Of a stretch of 64,000 nt of DNA, positions 10,767 to 22,078 are shown piece by piece. The position numbers and the translations under genes were made by a program. The first letter of the stretch is position 1. Every line of letters begins with the position of its first letter. Under the pieces are notes generated by a model that was given only the letters and a program-made list of their open reading frames with translations, ran no database searches and had not been told where the DNA came from. Source of the DNA: an uncultured Chloroflexia bacterium (GTDB taxonomy: Bacteria; Chloroflexota; Chloroflexia; Thermomicrobiales; UBA6265); contig CAVRUC010000007.1 in the NCBI GenBank assembly GCA_963724295.1, positions 320,001 through 384,000 of the forward strand. The letters are read 5' to 3'.

Positions 10767-11665
10767 CTTCGCATACTGGTTCTGTTCCCTCACAGTTGGG
10801 AACTCCCTTCAATTCGATCGGCGCTGAGTTGCGCGTGAGCAATCCGGGCGGGAGCGACCCGTACGGAGGTGAACCCATATCCCACTCGCCCATGGTAGTT
10901 GGATTTCTCACCGATGCGACCATCTGTATCGGTTGCAAAGCGTGCGAGGTGGCGTGCAAGCAGTGGAATCAGCTGCCTGGCGACTCCCCCACCTCGAGCT
11001 ATGCGATGACCGGATTTAGTTATGACAATACGATCGACCTCGGTGCTACTACGTGGCGCCACGTGGCCTTCGTCGAACGACCGTCGCCGGACGGCATCGC
11101 CTGGCTCATGCTGAGCGATGTCTGCAAGCATTGCGTCCATGCCGGTTGCCTCGACGCGTGTCCGACCGGCGCCATTATCCGCACCGAGTTCGGCACCGTC
11201 GTCATCCAGGATGACATCTGCAATGGCTGTGGCTATTGCGTCCCGGCCTGCCCTTTCGGCGTTCCCCAGCTGAGCGATGCGGACGGCGGCTCTCACAAGT
11301 GCACCCTCTGCTACGACCGGCTGCGCGGAGGGCTCGCTCCAGCGTGTGCCACCGCATGCCCGACCGGTTCGATCCGCTTCGGAGCAGTGGAAGCGTTGAG
11401 AGCGGCGGGCCGCGAACGGGTCGCGACGCTCAAAGCCCAGGGACTCGACGAGGCCCGACTCTACGGTGACGATGACCTGGGCGGGACCGGCGGCATCGGC
11501 GGTCTGAACGCGATGTTCGTGCTGAACGGCTCTCCGGACGCGTTCAACCTTCCCGCTCGGCCCCGCCTGCCCAGGCTGAATATCGTCCCCAGCGCGGCAG
11601 CGACTCTGGTGGCGGCGGCCGGCTACTGTCTCGCTGCCGCCTTTGCGTTGCGGCGCCGCGGTTGA
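10763..11665 (+). CDS. 4Fe-4S dicluster protein, formate dehydrogenase beta (FdnH)/DmsB-like, with C-terminal hydrophobic helix
   Basis: CIGCKACEVACK, CKHCVHAGCLDACP, CNGCGYCVPACP, KCTLCYDR..PACATACP; true start may be the ATG near 10892. Confidence 0.88.
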   Translation: MTSHTGSVPSQLGTPFNSIGAELRVSNPGGSDPYGGEPISHSPMVVGFLTDATICIGCKACEVACKQWNQLPGDSPTSSYAMTGFSYDNTIDLGATTWRHVAFVERPSPDGIAWLMLSDVCKHCVHAGCLDACPTGAIIRTEFGTVVIQDDICNGCGYCVPACPFGVPQLSDADGGSHKCTLCYDRLRGGLAPACATACPTGSIRFGAVEALRAAGRERVATLKAQGLDEARLYGDDDLGGTGGIGGLNAMFVLNGSPDAFNLPARPRLPRLNIVPSAAATLVAAAGYCLAAAFALRRRG

Positions 11666-12649
11666 CACCGCACGCGGATCCCGGCGCAGCCTACTCGAGT
11701 TTGCCGCCTTTTCAGGGTGGCTACTACGACGTTCCCGTCATACACAGGCCGCACTGGAAGTGGCTGGTGATCGGGTATTTCTATTTCGGGGGCATCTCCG
11801 GTGCGTCAGCCGTGATCGCCTCATTCTCGCGGTTGTTTGGCGGCACGTCGGGCGCGCCGCTGGCCAGGATCGCGACCTACGTTTCGTTCCTGGCGCTGCT
11901 TCCATGCCCGATTTCTGCTCATTCTCGATCTCGGCCGGCCGGCTCGGTTCTTCCATATGCTGCGCGAGTTCCGGGCCACCTCCCCCATGTCGGTCGGCAC
12001 CTGGGGACTGACGGCATTCGGGTTCATCTCGACGCTGACAACCGGCCTCCAACTCCTCGAAGACCGATCGGCGCGTAAGCAAGATCGTGTCACTGGCGTT
12101 TGGCGAGCGGTGAGTCAAGGACTTGCCGTCCTCGGTGGACTGTCGGGATTCTTCGTCGCCGGTTACACCGGGGTGCTGCTGGCGGCAACCGCGGTACCCC
12201 TCTGGAGCAAGCGGCCGGCACTTCTGGGTCCGCTGTTTCTCTCCTCGGCGATGACCTCCGGTGCGGCAGCCATCAGCGCGGTCGCATCGGCCATGGAACC
12301 GGAAGAGCACGACGCGCACGACCGACTCCGCACCCTGGAGACGCTGTCGACGGTCGCGGAGGAATTTCTCCTGGTGATGTGGATTACGGCGCTTGGTTCC
12401 ACCGCCAAGCCCGTCGCCGAGGGCCGCCTCGGCGCGGTGGTGCGCCACGGCGCCGTGGGTGCGGGCATGGCGCTGCCGTTGACGGTTTCGGCGGTTTCGC
12501 CTTACCTTCCGCGGCGGCTACGCCGACCGGCGGCGGTCGTCAGCGCCGCGCTGACCCTCGCCGGCGTGTTTACCGTGCGTTACGCCGTTGTCATGGGCGG
12601 ACGCCAGTCGGCCGACGATCCGCGCGCCACATTCGATATGACCGGCTGA
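11662..12649 (+). CDS. nrfD: NrfD/PsrC family membrane anchor, split by a +1 frameshift near 11913
   Basis: W.W....YFYFGGISG, then LILDLGRPARFFHML, SPMSVGTW, YTGVLLAATAVPLW in the next frame. Confidence 0.85.
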
Positions 12650-12687
12650 GTCCCGCCGCGGCGGCACGCCGAAGCTTCGCGGGAAGC

Positions 12688-14103
12688 TCAGGCGAGCCGT
12701 TCCGCAAGCCACTCCGGCACCGCCTCGATCGCAATCCGTTCCTGGCTCATGTCGTCGCGATGACGGACAGTAACGCTGCGGTCGTCGAGCGTCTCGAAAT
12801 CGATTGTGAAGCAGAATGGTGTGCCGATCTCGTCGTGTCGCCGGTACCGCTTTCCGATATTTCCCGTCTCGTCGTAATCGATCAGGACGCCTGACATGGC
12901 GTTCAACGTCTCGAACAGACTCCAGCTCGGTTGAGTCAGCTCAGGCTTTTTGAGGAGTGGCAGCACCGCGGCCTTGTACGGCGCGACCCGGGGGTGAAGC
13001 CGGAGGACCACCCGGGTGTCTGCCTTGCCGTTGACGTCGAGAATTTCTTCTTCGTCATAGGCGTCGACAAGCAGGATGAGGCAGGTGCGGTCGACGCCGA
13101 ACGTCGGTTCGATCACATACGGGATGTACTTGCGGTTTTCCGCCTGGTCAAAGTAGTGGAGGTCTTCCCCGCTGAAAGAGGCGTGCTGGCGAAGATCGAA
13201 ATCAGTTCGGTTGGCAAGCCCGTAGAGCTCCTTCCAACCCATGGCGCCGGGAAAGTTGTACTCGAAATCGATCGTGCGGCTCGAGTAGTGCGAGAGCTCG
13301 CCGGCGTCGTGCTCGCGGATTCGGAGAAACTCGTCGCGTACCCCGACGTAGACCAGCCATTCCTTCATGGCGGCCATCCACGTCTCGAACGATTCCGCCG
13401 CCTCATCCGGTCGCACGAAGTACTCGATCTCCATCTGCTCGAACTCGAGCAGGCGGAAGATGAAGTTTCCCGGCGTAATTTCGTTCCGGAACACCTTTCC
13501 GATCTGGGCAATGCCAAAGGGCACCTTGACTCGTCCTGTTGCCACGATGTTCTTGAACTGCACGAACATCGCCTGGGCCGTCTCCGGTCGCAGGTAGACC
13601 TCAGTTCCCGTCTCCTCGACCGGTCCGATCACCGTGCGGAACATCATATTGAACTGGCGCGCGCCGGTGAGCGTGGCATTGCCGCAGACTGGACACTTCA
13701 CCGCGGCGTCCTGAAGAATCTTTGACATCTCGTCGGGAGTCGCGCCCTCGACGTGTTGGCCGAGCCGCTCCTCGATCAGGTGATCCGCCCGGAAGCGGCT
13801 CTTGCACGTCCTGCAGTCAACCAGCGGGTCGTTGAAGCTCTCGATATGCCCTGAGGCTTCCCAAACCCGCGGATGCATCAAGATGCCGGCATCGAGGCCG
13901 ACGATGTCCCGGCGCTGGTGCACGAACCTGCGCCACCACAGGTCCTTGACGTTGCGCTTGAGCTCGACTCCGAGCGGCCCATAGTCCCAGGTATTTGCCA
14001 GGCCGCCATAGATGTCCGAGCCCGGAAAGACGAATCCGCGCCGCTTGCAGAGCGCGGCAATTTTTTCCATCGTGACGACGCGCGACTTCTCGGCGGTGCT
14101 CAT
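12688..14103 (-). CDS. glyQS: glycine--tRNA ligase (alpha2 type)
   Basis: [50 protein letters not shown]. Confidence 0.96.
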   Translation of the reverse strand: MSTAEKSRVVTMEKIAALCKRRGFVFPGSDIYGGLANTWDYGPLGVELKRNVKDLWWRRFVHQRRDIVGLDAGILMHPRVWEASGHIESFNDPLVDCRTCKSRFRADHLIEERLGQHVEGATPDEMSKILQDAAVKCPVCGNATLTGARQFNMMFRTVIGPVEETGTEVYLRPETAQAMFVQFKNIVATGRVKVPFGIAQIGKVFRNEITPGNFIFRLLEFEQMEIEYFVRPDEAAESFETWMAAMKEWLVYVGVRDEFLRIREHDAGELSHYSSRTIDFEYNFPGAMGWKELYGLANRTDFDLRQHASFSGEDLHYFDQAENRKYIPYVIEPTFGVDRTCLILLVDAYDEEEILDVNGKADTRVVLRLHPRVAPYKAAVLPLLKKPELTQPSWSLFETLNAMSGVLIDYDETGNIGKRYRRHDEIGTPFCFTIDFETLDDRSVTVRHRDDMSQERIAIEAVPEWLAERLA

Positions 14104-14219
14104 CGATTCTCACTCCAGACCCGGCAACACCGAGGAGCTCGGCCACATGACCAGTTGTTCGTGCGAAACGGGCGTGCCAGTGACCATGCGGGGCACGCCA
14201 CAATCTCCGCCATCAGCGA

Positions 14220-15215
14220 TTAGTCGAGATAGTCGCCACGCCCGCTTGGCGCGGGTGCGCCGTTGCCCGGAGCGGTCTGACCTAGCGCCATGCGGCGATA
14301 GACCTGGGTGGTCGAGATACTGACGTGCCCAAGAAGCTGCTGCACCTCGCGCAGATCCGCGCCACGACCCAATGCATGCGTGGCGAAAGTATGGCGCAAG
14401 GTATGAGGTGTGATATCGGCAATGTCGGCCTTGCTGGCATAGGACTTCAGGATCAACCAGAATCCTTGTCGAGTCAGGCGATTACCGCGATGGTTGAGGA
14501 ACAACGCGCTATCCTCGCGCAGGGCGAGCAGTGGCCGCGCCTGGAACAGATAGTGATCGATCGCTTCAATCGCGCTTTCTCGCAGCGGCAGTGATCGCTC
14601 CCGCGTGGTACGCCCCGCGCAGCGCATGCGGCGCTCCAGCAAATTCACGTCCTCGCAGTCGAGAGCGACGAGCTCGCTGACGCGCATGCCAGTCGCATAC
14701 AGCGTCTCGAGCATTGCTCGGTCTCGGGCGGCTTCCGGTCTGCGCGCCGCACTGCCGCCCTCCTTAGCGGGTTGCTGCAAGAGGCGTTCGACCTCGCTTG
14801 GGGAAATCGAACGCGGCGTGTACTTATCGACACGTGGCGCCGTCATTCGCGCGCCCGGGTCGCCACGCAACTGTCCTTCACCGACCAGGAAATTGAAGAA
14901 CGATTTGATGGCGGCCATTTTTCGAGCAACGGTCGAGGAGGCGTAGCTGCGGCTGCGCAGGAAGAGCAGATAACTGGTGAGGTCCTGATCCGTCAGCTGA
15001 TCCCACGTCCGGACCTGCGGAAACATCCGGGGTTCCGCGCTGACCGTACCGAGTCCGACGTCCTCTGACGATCCTGACCCGGCATCGCCGGCGCTGTCAT
15101 TGCCGAGAAAATTCAGAAACTGCGTCAGATCATTGCGGTAGGCGAATATCGTGTTAACCGAGAACCCTCGTTCAGCCTCGAGCACTTGCAAAAAACGTTC
15201 GACGTCCTGGTGCAT
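14220..15215 (-). CDS. xerD: site-specific tyrosine recombinase, XerD-like
   Basis: NTIFAYRNDL, LYATGMRVSEL, LTRQGFW, TPHTLRHTFATH, LLGH..ISTTQVY; ATG at 15215 after GGAGG. Confidence 0.8.
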   Translation of the reverse strand: MHQDVERFLQVLEAERGFSVNTIFAYRNDLTQFLNFLGNDSAGDAGSGSSEDVGLGTVSAEPRMFPQVRTWDQLTDQDLTSYLLFLRSRSYASSTVARKMAAIKSFFNFLVGEGQLRGDPGARMTAPRVDKYTPRSISPSEVERLLQQPAKEGGSAARRPEAARDRAMLETLYATGMRVSELVALDCEDVNLLERRMRCAGRTTRERSLPLRESAIEAIDHYLFQARPLLALREDSALFLNHRGNRLTRQGFWLILKSYASKADIADITPHTLRHTFATHALGRGADLREVQQLLGHVSISTTQVYRRMALGQTAPGNGAPAPSGRGDYLD

Positions 15216-15267
15216 TGCTTCCTCCGACCCCAGCCGCGTCGCAGACGGCATCTCCGGCGTTCCCATC

Positions 15268-16407
15268 CTAGCTGTGCAGGAGCGCGACCTCACTCAGGAT
15301 CGCGTCCGCGAGCGGCGTGTAATCCATCATCAATGCTTCCGCAACGCCAGGGTGCGTCACTTTCCCGTTGATCACGTTGACGCCTCTGGCGAGCTCCGGA
15401 TCGCGCGAGACGGCTCCCTGGAGCCCGTAATCCGCCAGCACTAACCCATACGGCAACGTCGCGTTGGCGAGACCGATGGTGCTCGTGCGCGGCACAGCAC
15501 CCGGCATATTCGTCACGCAGTAATGGACGACACCGTGCAGGACGTAGGTGGGCTCGCTATGGGTGGTGGGTCGTGACGTCGCGATACAGCCCCCCTGGTC
15601 GATCGCCACGTCGACAATGACAGATCCGGGTCTCATCGCGGCGACCATCTCCTCCGAGACGATCTTGGGCGCCTTGGCGCCCGGCAGCAGGACCGCTCCA
15701 ATAACCAGGTCAGCGCGCTGCACCGCCGCAGCGACGTTCTCACTATTCGAAGCAAGCGTGTTGACGCGGCCATGGAGCAACGTGTCGAGCTGGCGAAGCC
15801 GCTCCAAGGAGCGGTCGACAATCGCTACGTTGCTGCCCATTCCGAGCGCGATCTGTGCCGCGTTGGTCCCCACGACACCACCGCCGATGACCACCACGTC
15901 GGCGCCCGGGACGCCGGGGATGCCCGCGAGCAGCGTTCCACTGCCCCCGTGTGCTTTCTCGAGAAAGTGGGCTCCGACCTGGACCGACATTCGTCCCGCA
16001 ACCTCGCTCATCGGCGTCAGGAGCGGAAGCGCACCATTGTCCAGCTGGACCGTTTCGTAGGCTACTGCATGAACGTGGTTGCGAACGAGCGCCTCAGTCA
16101 GCGGAGCGTCGGCGGCGAGATGAAGATAGGTGAACAGCACTTGCCCAGGACGAAGTAGATCGTATTCGGCGGGAACCGGTTCCTTGACCTTGACGATCAT
16201 CTCCGCGCGGTCGTAGATCGCGAAGGCTGAATCGACCAACTCGGCGCCAGCAGCCGCGTACTCGCCATCAGCGAAGCCACTGCCCTCACCCGCCGAGCGC
16301 TGGACCAGCACCTGGTGTCCCCGAGCCTGGTATTCGCGCACACCGGCGGGGGTAACGGAAATCCGGAACTCGTGGTCCTTGACTTCCCTGGGCACGCCTA
16401 CCAGCAT
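15268..16407 (-). CDS. ald: alanine dehydrogenase
   Basis: GVPREVKDHEFR, VKVKEP, FTYLHLAA, PMSEVAGR, DVAIDQGGC, NMPGAVPRTST. Confidence 0.96.
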   Translation of the reverse strand: MLVGVPREVKDHEFRISVTPAGVREYQARGHQVLVQRSAGEGSGFADGEYAAAGAELVDSAFAIYDRAEMIVKVKEPVPAEYDLLRPGQVLFTYLHLAADAPLTEALVRNHVHAVAYETVQLDNGALPLLTPMSEVAGRMSVQVGAHFLEKAHGGSGTLLAGIPGVPGADVVVIGGGVVGTNAAQIALGMGSNVAIVDRSLERLRQLDTLLHGRVNTLASNSENVAAAVQRADLVIGAVLLPGAKAPKIVSEEMVAAMRPGSVIVDVAIDQGGCIATSRPTTHSEPTYVLHGVVHYCVTNMPGAVPRTSTIGLANATLPYGLVLADYGLQGAVSRDPELARGVNVINGKVTHPGVAEALMMDYTPLADAILSEVALLHS

Positions 16408-16669
16408 GACCTCGCGCCCCTGCCTGGGCTCGCCCAAATCGGAGCCCCATCTCGTTCGTCAAAGTGCTCGCGATGTCCGCGCGGCAGCCGCCAGTCTAAC
16501 ATACATAACGCGCGACTTCTGCGCGATACATTCGGCAGTCGATCCCCTCCGTAGTACGAGGACTGGATCCCATGGCGGCGCCGAGTCGTTGTAGACTCGT
16601 CACTTGTCGGAAATGTACGAGCCACAGGGTGCAACCGAGCGGCCCTGAGCGATCGGAGCGGGAAAACCT

Positions 16670-18010
16670 GTGTCGGAAGGACTCATCAACGGCCTCTATA
16701 TCATTCCCATACTCGCAGTCCTCATCCTCGTCCATGAGATCGGGCACTTCGTTGCGGCCCGCCTGATCGGAGTAAGGGTCGAAGAGTTCGGTATCGGTAT
16801 CCCTCCGCGCATCAAGGGGTGGCGCCGCAACGGGGTCCTCTGGTCGATCAACTGGATCCCCTTTGGAGGCTTCGTCAAGGTTCTGGGGGAAGACGGCAAA
16901 GCCAACGATCCGGAGTCGATCAACGCCAAGTCTCCGGCGAAACGAGCGTTCTTCCTCGTTGCCGGATCCGCGATGAACTTCCTCCTTGCCTTCGTCCTCA
17001 TGATTCTGGTCGTCGGTTTCCAGGGCGTATCCCGTTCAAATGTCTACATCGCATCCGTGGTTTCCGGATCCCCGGCTGAGACCGCGGGGTGGGAGGCGGG
17101 GGATCGCATCGTCGAGGTTGCCGGTGTTCCCATCGAGTCCTCCACCGACGTCGGGCAGCGAGCGCGTGAGTTCAGTGGAAATCCGATGAGCGTCGTCGTC
17201 GAGCGCAACGGCGAACTCGTCGAAACCTCGGTCGTGCCACGCGTGAATCCGCCCGCGGGCGAGGGCCCCACCGGAGTCGGTATTGTCGATTCCCCGATCG
17301 CGGACACGAGCGTCGAAGCCACAACGGCGGGGTTGCCCGCCGCGGAAGCGGGCTTGCAGTCCGGCGACCGGATTTTGGCCGTCGGTTCAGAGCAGGTCGG
17401 CGATCCCTACACGCTCCAGTTCGCGCTGATGAACGCCTCCGGATCGACCGTTCCGGTCGAGGTGGCCCGCGGTAGCGAGCAGACCACCGTTTCGCTCGTT
17501 GTGCCAGATCTGGACGCTGAGGGCGACCTGCTCGAGCAACTGGGATTCGACCTTGCCATCAAGCCCCAGTTCGATCGCGTTCCGCTCGGTTCGATTATCC
17601 CCGTCGGCGTCGCTCAGGCCTGGGAGCAATCCGGACAGATGCTCGCTGGAATCCGCGATCTGGTCACCGGACGCGCCCCACTCGATCAGATCGCGGGACC
17701 GCTTGGCATGGGTCAGATCACAAGCGAGATCGTGAGCGCGAGCCCGCTGCCGCTCTGGGTCACGCTTGCACAGCTGGCGATCTTGCTCTCGTTGAACCTG
17801 GCTGTCCTCAATCTGCTACCGCTTCCAGCTTTGGATGGGGGGCGGCTACTGTTCGTCATCGTCGAGGTCCTGCGCGGCGGGAAGAAGCTGGCGCCCGAGC
17901 GCGAGGGAATCGTGCACGTGGCCGGACTGATCCTGCTCCTCGGCTTTATGGTGATCGTATTGGTACTGGACGCGCTCCGAATCTACGAAGGTCGATCCTT
18001 CCTGCCCTAA
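16670..18010 (+). CDS. rseP: RIP metalloprotease RseP (M50) with two PDZ domains
   Basis: HEIGH, IPFGGFVK, NLLPLPALDGG; adjacent to ispG. Confidence 0.92.
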   Translation: MSEGLINGLYIIPILAVLILVHEIGHFVAARLIGVRVEEFGIGIPPRIKGWRRNGVLWSINWIPFGGFVKVLGEDGKANDPESINAKSPAKRAFFLVAGSAMNFLLAFVLMILVVGFQGVSRSNVYIASVVSGSPAETAGWEAGDRIVEVAGVPIESSTDVGQRAREFSGNPMSVVVERNGELVETSVVPRVNPPAGEGPTGVGIVDSPIADTSVEATTAGLPAAEAGLQSGDRILAVGSEQVGDPYTLQFALMNASGSTVPVEVARGSEQTTVSLVVPDLDAEGDLLEQLGFDLAIKPQFDRVPLGSIIPVGVAQAWEQSGQMLAGIRDLVTGRAPLDQIAGPLGMGQITSEIVSASPLPLWVTLAQLAILLSLNLAVLNLLPLPALDGGRLLFVIVEVLRGGKKLAPEREGIVHVAGLILLLGFMVIVLVLDALRIYEGRSFLP

Positions 18011-18038
18011 TCGACGAAGGATCAGGAGAAATCACGAA

Positions 18039-19217
18039 ATGTCCTTGATTGCGCCGCGGCGACCGACTCGGGTGCTTCATGTCGGCGATGTCAAAGTGGG
18101 TGGCGAGAATCCCGTTGTCGTGCAGTCGATGACAACCGCGGATACTCGGGACCCGATTGCCACGCTCCGTCAAATTCGCGAGCTCGCGGAGGCAGGGTGC
18201 GAGATCGTCCGCATCGCGGTTCCGGATCGCAAAGCTGCCGCGGCGCTCCCGGACATCGTGCCGCACGCACCGGTGCCGCTCATCGCCGATATTCACTTCG
18301 AGCACACGCTGGCGCTGAAAGCGCTCGACGCCGGTATCCACGGCCTGCGTCTCAACCCCGGTAACATCCGCAAACCCGAAGATGTGCGCGAAGTTGTCCA
18401 GCGGGCCAAGGAACGCCAGGTTCCCATCCGCATCGGTGTCAATTTCGGCTCGGTGGCGCCGATGCCCGAAGCCTTCGTCGACGAGATGGCTGAGCGCGGC
18501 GCGTCCCAGGTCGAGCTTCGCGCCGAATGGCTGGTCCGGTCAGCACTTGGACACATTCGGATCCTCGAGGATCTCGATTTTGGCTTGACCAAAGTAAGCC
18601 TGAAAGCGTTTGAGCTGCCGGTACTCTTCGAGGCGTACCGGCGGTTCGCTGCCCTACCGAACGACTATCCGCTCCATCTGGGAGTAACCGAGGCCGGAAC
18701 GCCCCGGTCGGGAAGCGTGCGCTCCGCAACCGGAATTGGGACGTTGCTCGCGCTTGGCATCGGCGACACGATTCGCGTGTCGCTGACAACCGATCCCGTC
18801 GAGGAAGTGTTTGTTGCTTACGAGATCTTGAAGAGCCTCGAGCTGCGTCAGAAGGGCGCGGTCATGATCGCCTGCCCGACGTGTGGGCGCGTCGAAGTCG
18901 ACCTCTTCACCCTGGCCAACCAGGTCGATGAGTTCCTCACTACGGTGACCGAGCCCATCCGCGTCGCGGTGATGGGCTGCGTCGTCAATGGTCCCGGTGA
19001 GTCCCGCGACGCCGATGTCGGCCTTGCCGCGGGGAATGGCAAGGGCGTCATCTTCCGCAAAGGCAAGATCGTCCGCACCGTCGCGGAAACTGACATGCTC
19101 GCCGCATTGAAGGACGAGATTCGCCTGGTTGTTGACGAGCGGAAGAGCGGGGTGGTCGAAGAAGTCGCCGATCGCTATCAGACCACACGCCCGTCGCTTC
19201 GCCTGACGGCCGTCTAG
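18039..19217 (+). CDS. ispG: (E)-4-hydroxy-3-methylbut-2-enyl-diphosphate synthase
   Basis: VQSMT, ADIHF, RLNPGNI, LHLGVTEAG, CPTCGR, MGCVVNGPGE. Confidence 0.96.
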   Translation: MSLIAPRRPTRVLHVGDVKVGGENPVVVQSMTTADTRDPIATLRQIRELAEAGCEIVRIAVPDRKAAAALPDIVPHAPVPLIADIHFEHTLALKALDAGIHGLRLNPGNIRKPEDVREVVQRAKERQVPIRIGVNFGSVAPMPEAFVDEMAERGASQVELRAEWLVRSALGHIRILEDLDFGLTKVSLKAFELPVLFEAYRRFAALPNDYPLHLGVTEAGTPRSGSVRSATGIGTLLALGIGDTIRVSLTTDPVEEVFVAYEILKSLELRQKGAVMIACPTCGRVEVDLFTLANQVDEFLTTVTEPIRVAVMGCVVNGPGESRDADVGLAAGNGKGVIFRKGKIVRTVAETDMLAALKDEIRLVVDERKSGVVEEVADRYQTTRPSLRLTAV

Positions 19218-19234
19218 CCGCGGCCGCGTCGCGG

Positions 19235-20095
19235 GTGCAGACCTCCGGGGACCGCCATGCTCGGCGAACCGGCGTCGCCCTCTGGGGCGCCGCGATGGCG
19301 ACGGCGGCACCAGTCGCCATCGCGGGTCTAGGTCACAGCGCGCGACACGAAGCGCCCTACCGGCCTGTCCTGGAGCGAGTCGAGATTCGCATCCCCCCCG
19401 GCGTGCAGATCCCGCCGCGGCTGCGCATTGGCTTCGTCGCCGATACCCATCTGGGTTCGGTGGTCCGTCCGCCGGATGTTGACCGCGCTTTGGCGCTGCT
19501 CCTCTCGGCTAAACCCGACCTTCTCCTCTTCGGCGGCGACTACGTCTCCGAATCGCCTCGTCACATCACGGAGGCCGCCGCGGTGCTTGGTAATGTCGCA
19601 AACGCGACCCGATTTGGCTCGCTAGCGGTTCTCGGCAACCATGACTATGCCAATGGCGCAGCGCGAATGACAGCGCAGCTCGAGAAACATGGCATCCGGG
19701 TGCTGCGCAATGAATCCGCTCGCATAGGCGATGATACCGGCGAGCTCTGGATCGCCGGTATCGACGACGCGCTGCTCGGTTCACCCGACCCGGCGCGCGC
19801 GTTCGCCGGTGTGCCGTCGCGGGCACACGCCATCGCACTTTGGCACGAGTCCGACTGGGCCGAGCAGGTAGTCGACCACGGGGCTTTGCTGCAGCTCTCC
19901 GGCCACAGCCACGGCGGTCAGGTGCGGCTGCCCGTTGCTGGCACAGTTGCTGCGCCTGCGGGCGGCAGGCGCTTCGTGAAGGGGCTCAACCTGGCCGCGG
20001 GCATGCCGGTCTACACGACCCGCGGGGTTGGCGTCTTTCGTCCACCGGTGCGATTCCGTTGTTCGCCGGAGGTCACCCTCGTGACGTTGGTCTAA
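19235..20095 (+). CDS. calcineurin-like metallophosphoesterase (YkuE-like)
   Basis: DTH, GGD, GNHD, LSGHSHGGQV motifs; start uncertain. Confidence 0.88.
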   Translation: MQTSGDRHARRTGVALWGAAMATAAPVAIAGLGHSARHEAPYRPVLERVEIRIPPGVQIPPRLRIGFVADTHLGSVVRPPDVDRALALLLSAKPDLLLFGGDYVSESPRHITEAAAVLGNVANATRFGSLAVLGNHDYANGAARMTAQLEKHGIRVLRNESARIGDDTGELWIAGIDDALLGSPDPARAFAGVPSRAHAIALWHESDWAEQVVDHGALLQLSGHSHGGQVRLPVAGTVAAPAGGRRFVKGLNLAAGMPVYTTRGVGVFRPPVRFRCSPEVTLVTLV

Positions 20096-20176
20096 GTTTT
20101 GTCCCGATTACTCCTTGGCGCGACTTACGATGCGTGTCACGCTCGCGCCCGCGTCCGATTGTCGAGTGGGGGGAAC

Positions 20177-21262
20177 GTGACAGATTCCCGGAAGTTGAAG
20201 ATCGGAATCATCGGTTGCGGTGTGGGCTTCCTGCACTTGCAGGGCTTCGCCGAGAACCCGCGCGCTCAAGTCGTTGCCATCGCGGGTCTCGATGAGGAGC
20301 GCTGCCGCGAGCTGGCCAAGCAATTCGACGTCCCGCGCGTCTATCGAGACTACCAGGATCTGGTCGCCGACCCTGACATCGAGGCTGTGACCGTCGCCGT
20401 GCCGAACATCTTGCACGTGCCGGTCTCGCTTGCGGCACTGGAAGCCGGCAAGCACGTCATGGTCGAAAAACCACTGGCGCCAACAGCCGCGGAAGGCCAA
20501 CAGATCATCGAGGCGGCGCGGCGCGCGGATCGCGTTCTTGGCGTTGTCTTCAACCGGCGAGGCCGGCAGGACGTTCAACTGGTCAAGAAGGAGGTCGAGC
20601 GCGGGAATCTTGGCGAGATCTACCACGCCCGCGCGTTCTGGATGCGGCGCTCCGGCATTCCGGGTCTTGGCACCTGGTTCACGTCGAAGCAGATGGCTGG
20701 CGGCGGGCCCCTGATCGACCTTGGCATCCACGTGCTTGACATGTCCCTTTGGGTCCTTGGCAATCCAACAGCGCGTCGCGTGAGTGCGGCGACCTATGCC
20801 GCACTAGGACCGAAGGGGCGAGGTCAGTGGCAAGGGAATCGGTTCAAGATGGCGCCCGGAGAGCCGTACGAAGTCGAGGATTTTGCCACGGCGTTCATCC
20901 GATTCGACGGTGGGCTGACGCTTCAACTCGATGCCTCGTGGGCCGCCTATACCGGGCACGGCGACGATTTCGGGATGTCGGTCCTGGGCGACAACGGCGG
21001 CGCCGAGATCCACGCCCGGGACTACGCCCAAACGGGGACGCTTCGCTTCTTCGGCGAGATCGACGGAGTCCCCACTATTACCGAGCCGCGCCTCCTCGAG
21101 CGGCATGGTCACGGCGAGGTCTTCAAGCAATTCATCGAGAGCGTGCTGGACGGCACGCCGATGTCCCCTTCCGGAGAAGAAGGACTCGACCGGGTCCGCC
21201 TCATCGAGGCGATCTACCGCTCGGCTGAACTTGGAGAGGAAGTCGAGGTGGAGGCTTCGTGA
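20177..21262 (+). CDS. Gfo/Idh/MocA family oxidoreductase
   Basis: [31 protein letters not shown]. Confidence 0.92.
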   Translation: MTDSRKLKIGIIGCGVGFLHLQGFAENPRAQVVAIAGLDEERCRELAKQFDVPRVYRDYQDLVADPDIEAVTVAVPNILHVPVSLAALEAGKHVMVEKPLAPTAAEGQQIIEAARRADRVLGVVFNRRGRQDVQLVKKEVERGNLGEIYHARAFWMRRSGIPGLGTWFTSKQMAGGGPLIDLGIHVLDMSLWVLGNPTARRVSAATYAALGPKGRGQWQGNRFKMAPGEPYEVEDFATAFIRFDGGLTLQLDASWAAYTGHGDDFGMSVLGDNGGAEIHARDYAQTGTLRFFGEIDGVPTITEPRLLERHGHGEVFKQFIESVLDGTPMSPSGEEGLDRVRLIEAIYRSAELGEEVEVEAS

Positions 21263-21299
21263 GCGAGCAGATCCTCCACACCACGTTGGGAGGCGCGGA

Positions 21300-22046
21300 G
21301 TGAATCAGACTCGGGTTACCGTTTGGAACGAATACCGGCATGAACGTGAGGACGAGCGCTACCGATCGGTCTATCCGGACGGTATCCATGGCGCGATTGC
21401 CGAGGGTTTGAGCCCCTCCGATGACCTCAGCGTCCGCACGGCAACTCTGGACGAGCCGGACAATGGTCTCCCCGAGGACGTCCTGATGGCCACGGACGTG
21501 CTCATCTGGTGGGGACACAAGGCCCACGAGGAAGTCAGCGACGAGACCGTCAACCGAGTCCAGGCCCGGGTACTTCATGGCATGGGGCTGGTCGTCCTCC
21601 ACTCCGGCCACCACTCGAAAATCTTCAAGCGGCTCATGGGAACCTCTTGCAATCTCATCTGGCGCGTCGCGGACGAGACCGAGCGCATCTGGGTTGTCGC
21701 GCCCTCACATCCAATCGCGGCCGGGCTGGATCGCTTCATCGAGCTGGAGCGTGAAGAGATGTACGGCGAGTTCTTCGACGTTCCGCCTCCGGAAGAGCTC
21801 GTGTTCCTTTCCTGGTTCCCCGGTGGGGAGGTCTTTCGATCGGGGTGTTGTTACACCCGCGGATCGGGAAAGGTCTTCTACTTCCGACCCGGTCACGAGA
21901 GCTATCCAACGTTCTACAACCCCGATGTGCGGACGGTGATTGCCAATGCCGTGCGCTGGGCCGCTCCGGTCGACGGACCAGGCCGGGTGTTCGGCAATCA
22001 GGCGCCCCTCACGAGTCGGATGTCGGGCGTCGGAGGTCGGACGTGA
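21300..22046 (+). CDS. thuA: ThuA domain (trehalose utilization) protein
   Basis: [50 protein letters not shown]. Confidence 0.88.
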   Translation: MNQTRVTVWNEYRHEREDERYRSVYPDGIHGAIAEGLSPSDDLSVRTATLDEPDNGLPEDVLMATDVLIWWGHKAHEEVSDETVNRVQARVLHGMGLVVLHSGHHSKIFKRLMGTSCNLIWRVADETERIWVVAPSHPIAAGLDRFIELEREEMYGEFFDVPPPEELVFLSWFPGGEVFRSGCCYTRGSGKVFYFRPGHESYPTFYNPDVRTVIANAVRWAAPVDGPGRVFGNQAPLTSRMSGVGGRT

Positions 22047-22078
22047 GATCAACTGCCCCGGGCGGCTGAGGAGGCGAG

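Noticed and set aside
14104..14219. Possible T-box riboswitch upstream of glyQS (8-bp hairpin GGCGTGCC..GGCACGCC at 14171-14199)
   Set aside because: The intergenic region is only about 115 bp and has no T-box consensus (GGTGG.ACC) or stem I motifs on the minus strand.
14220..15215. Integrase of a mobile element
   Set aside because: It has XerD-type signatures, is flanked by housekeeping genes, and has no tRNA, att repeats or cargo.
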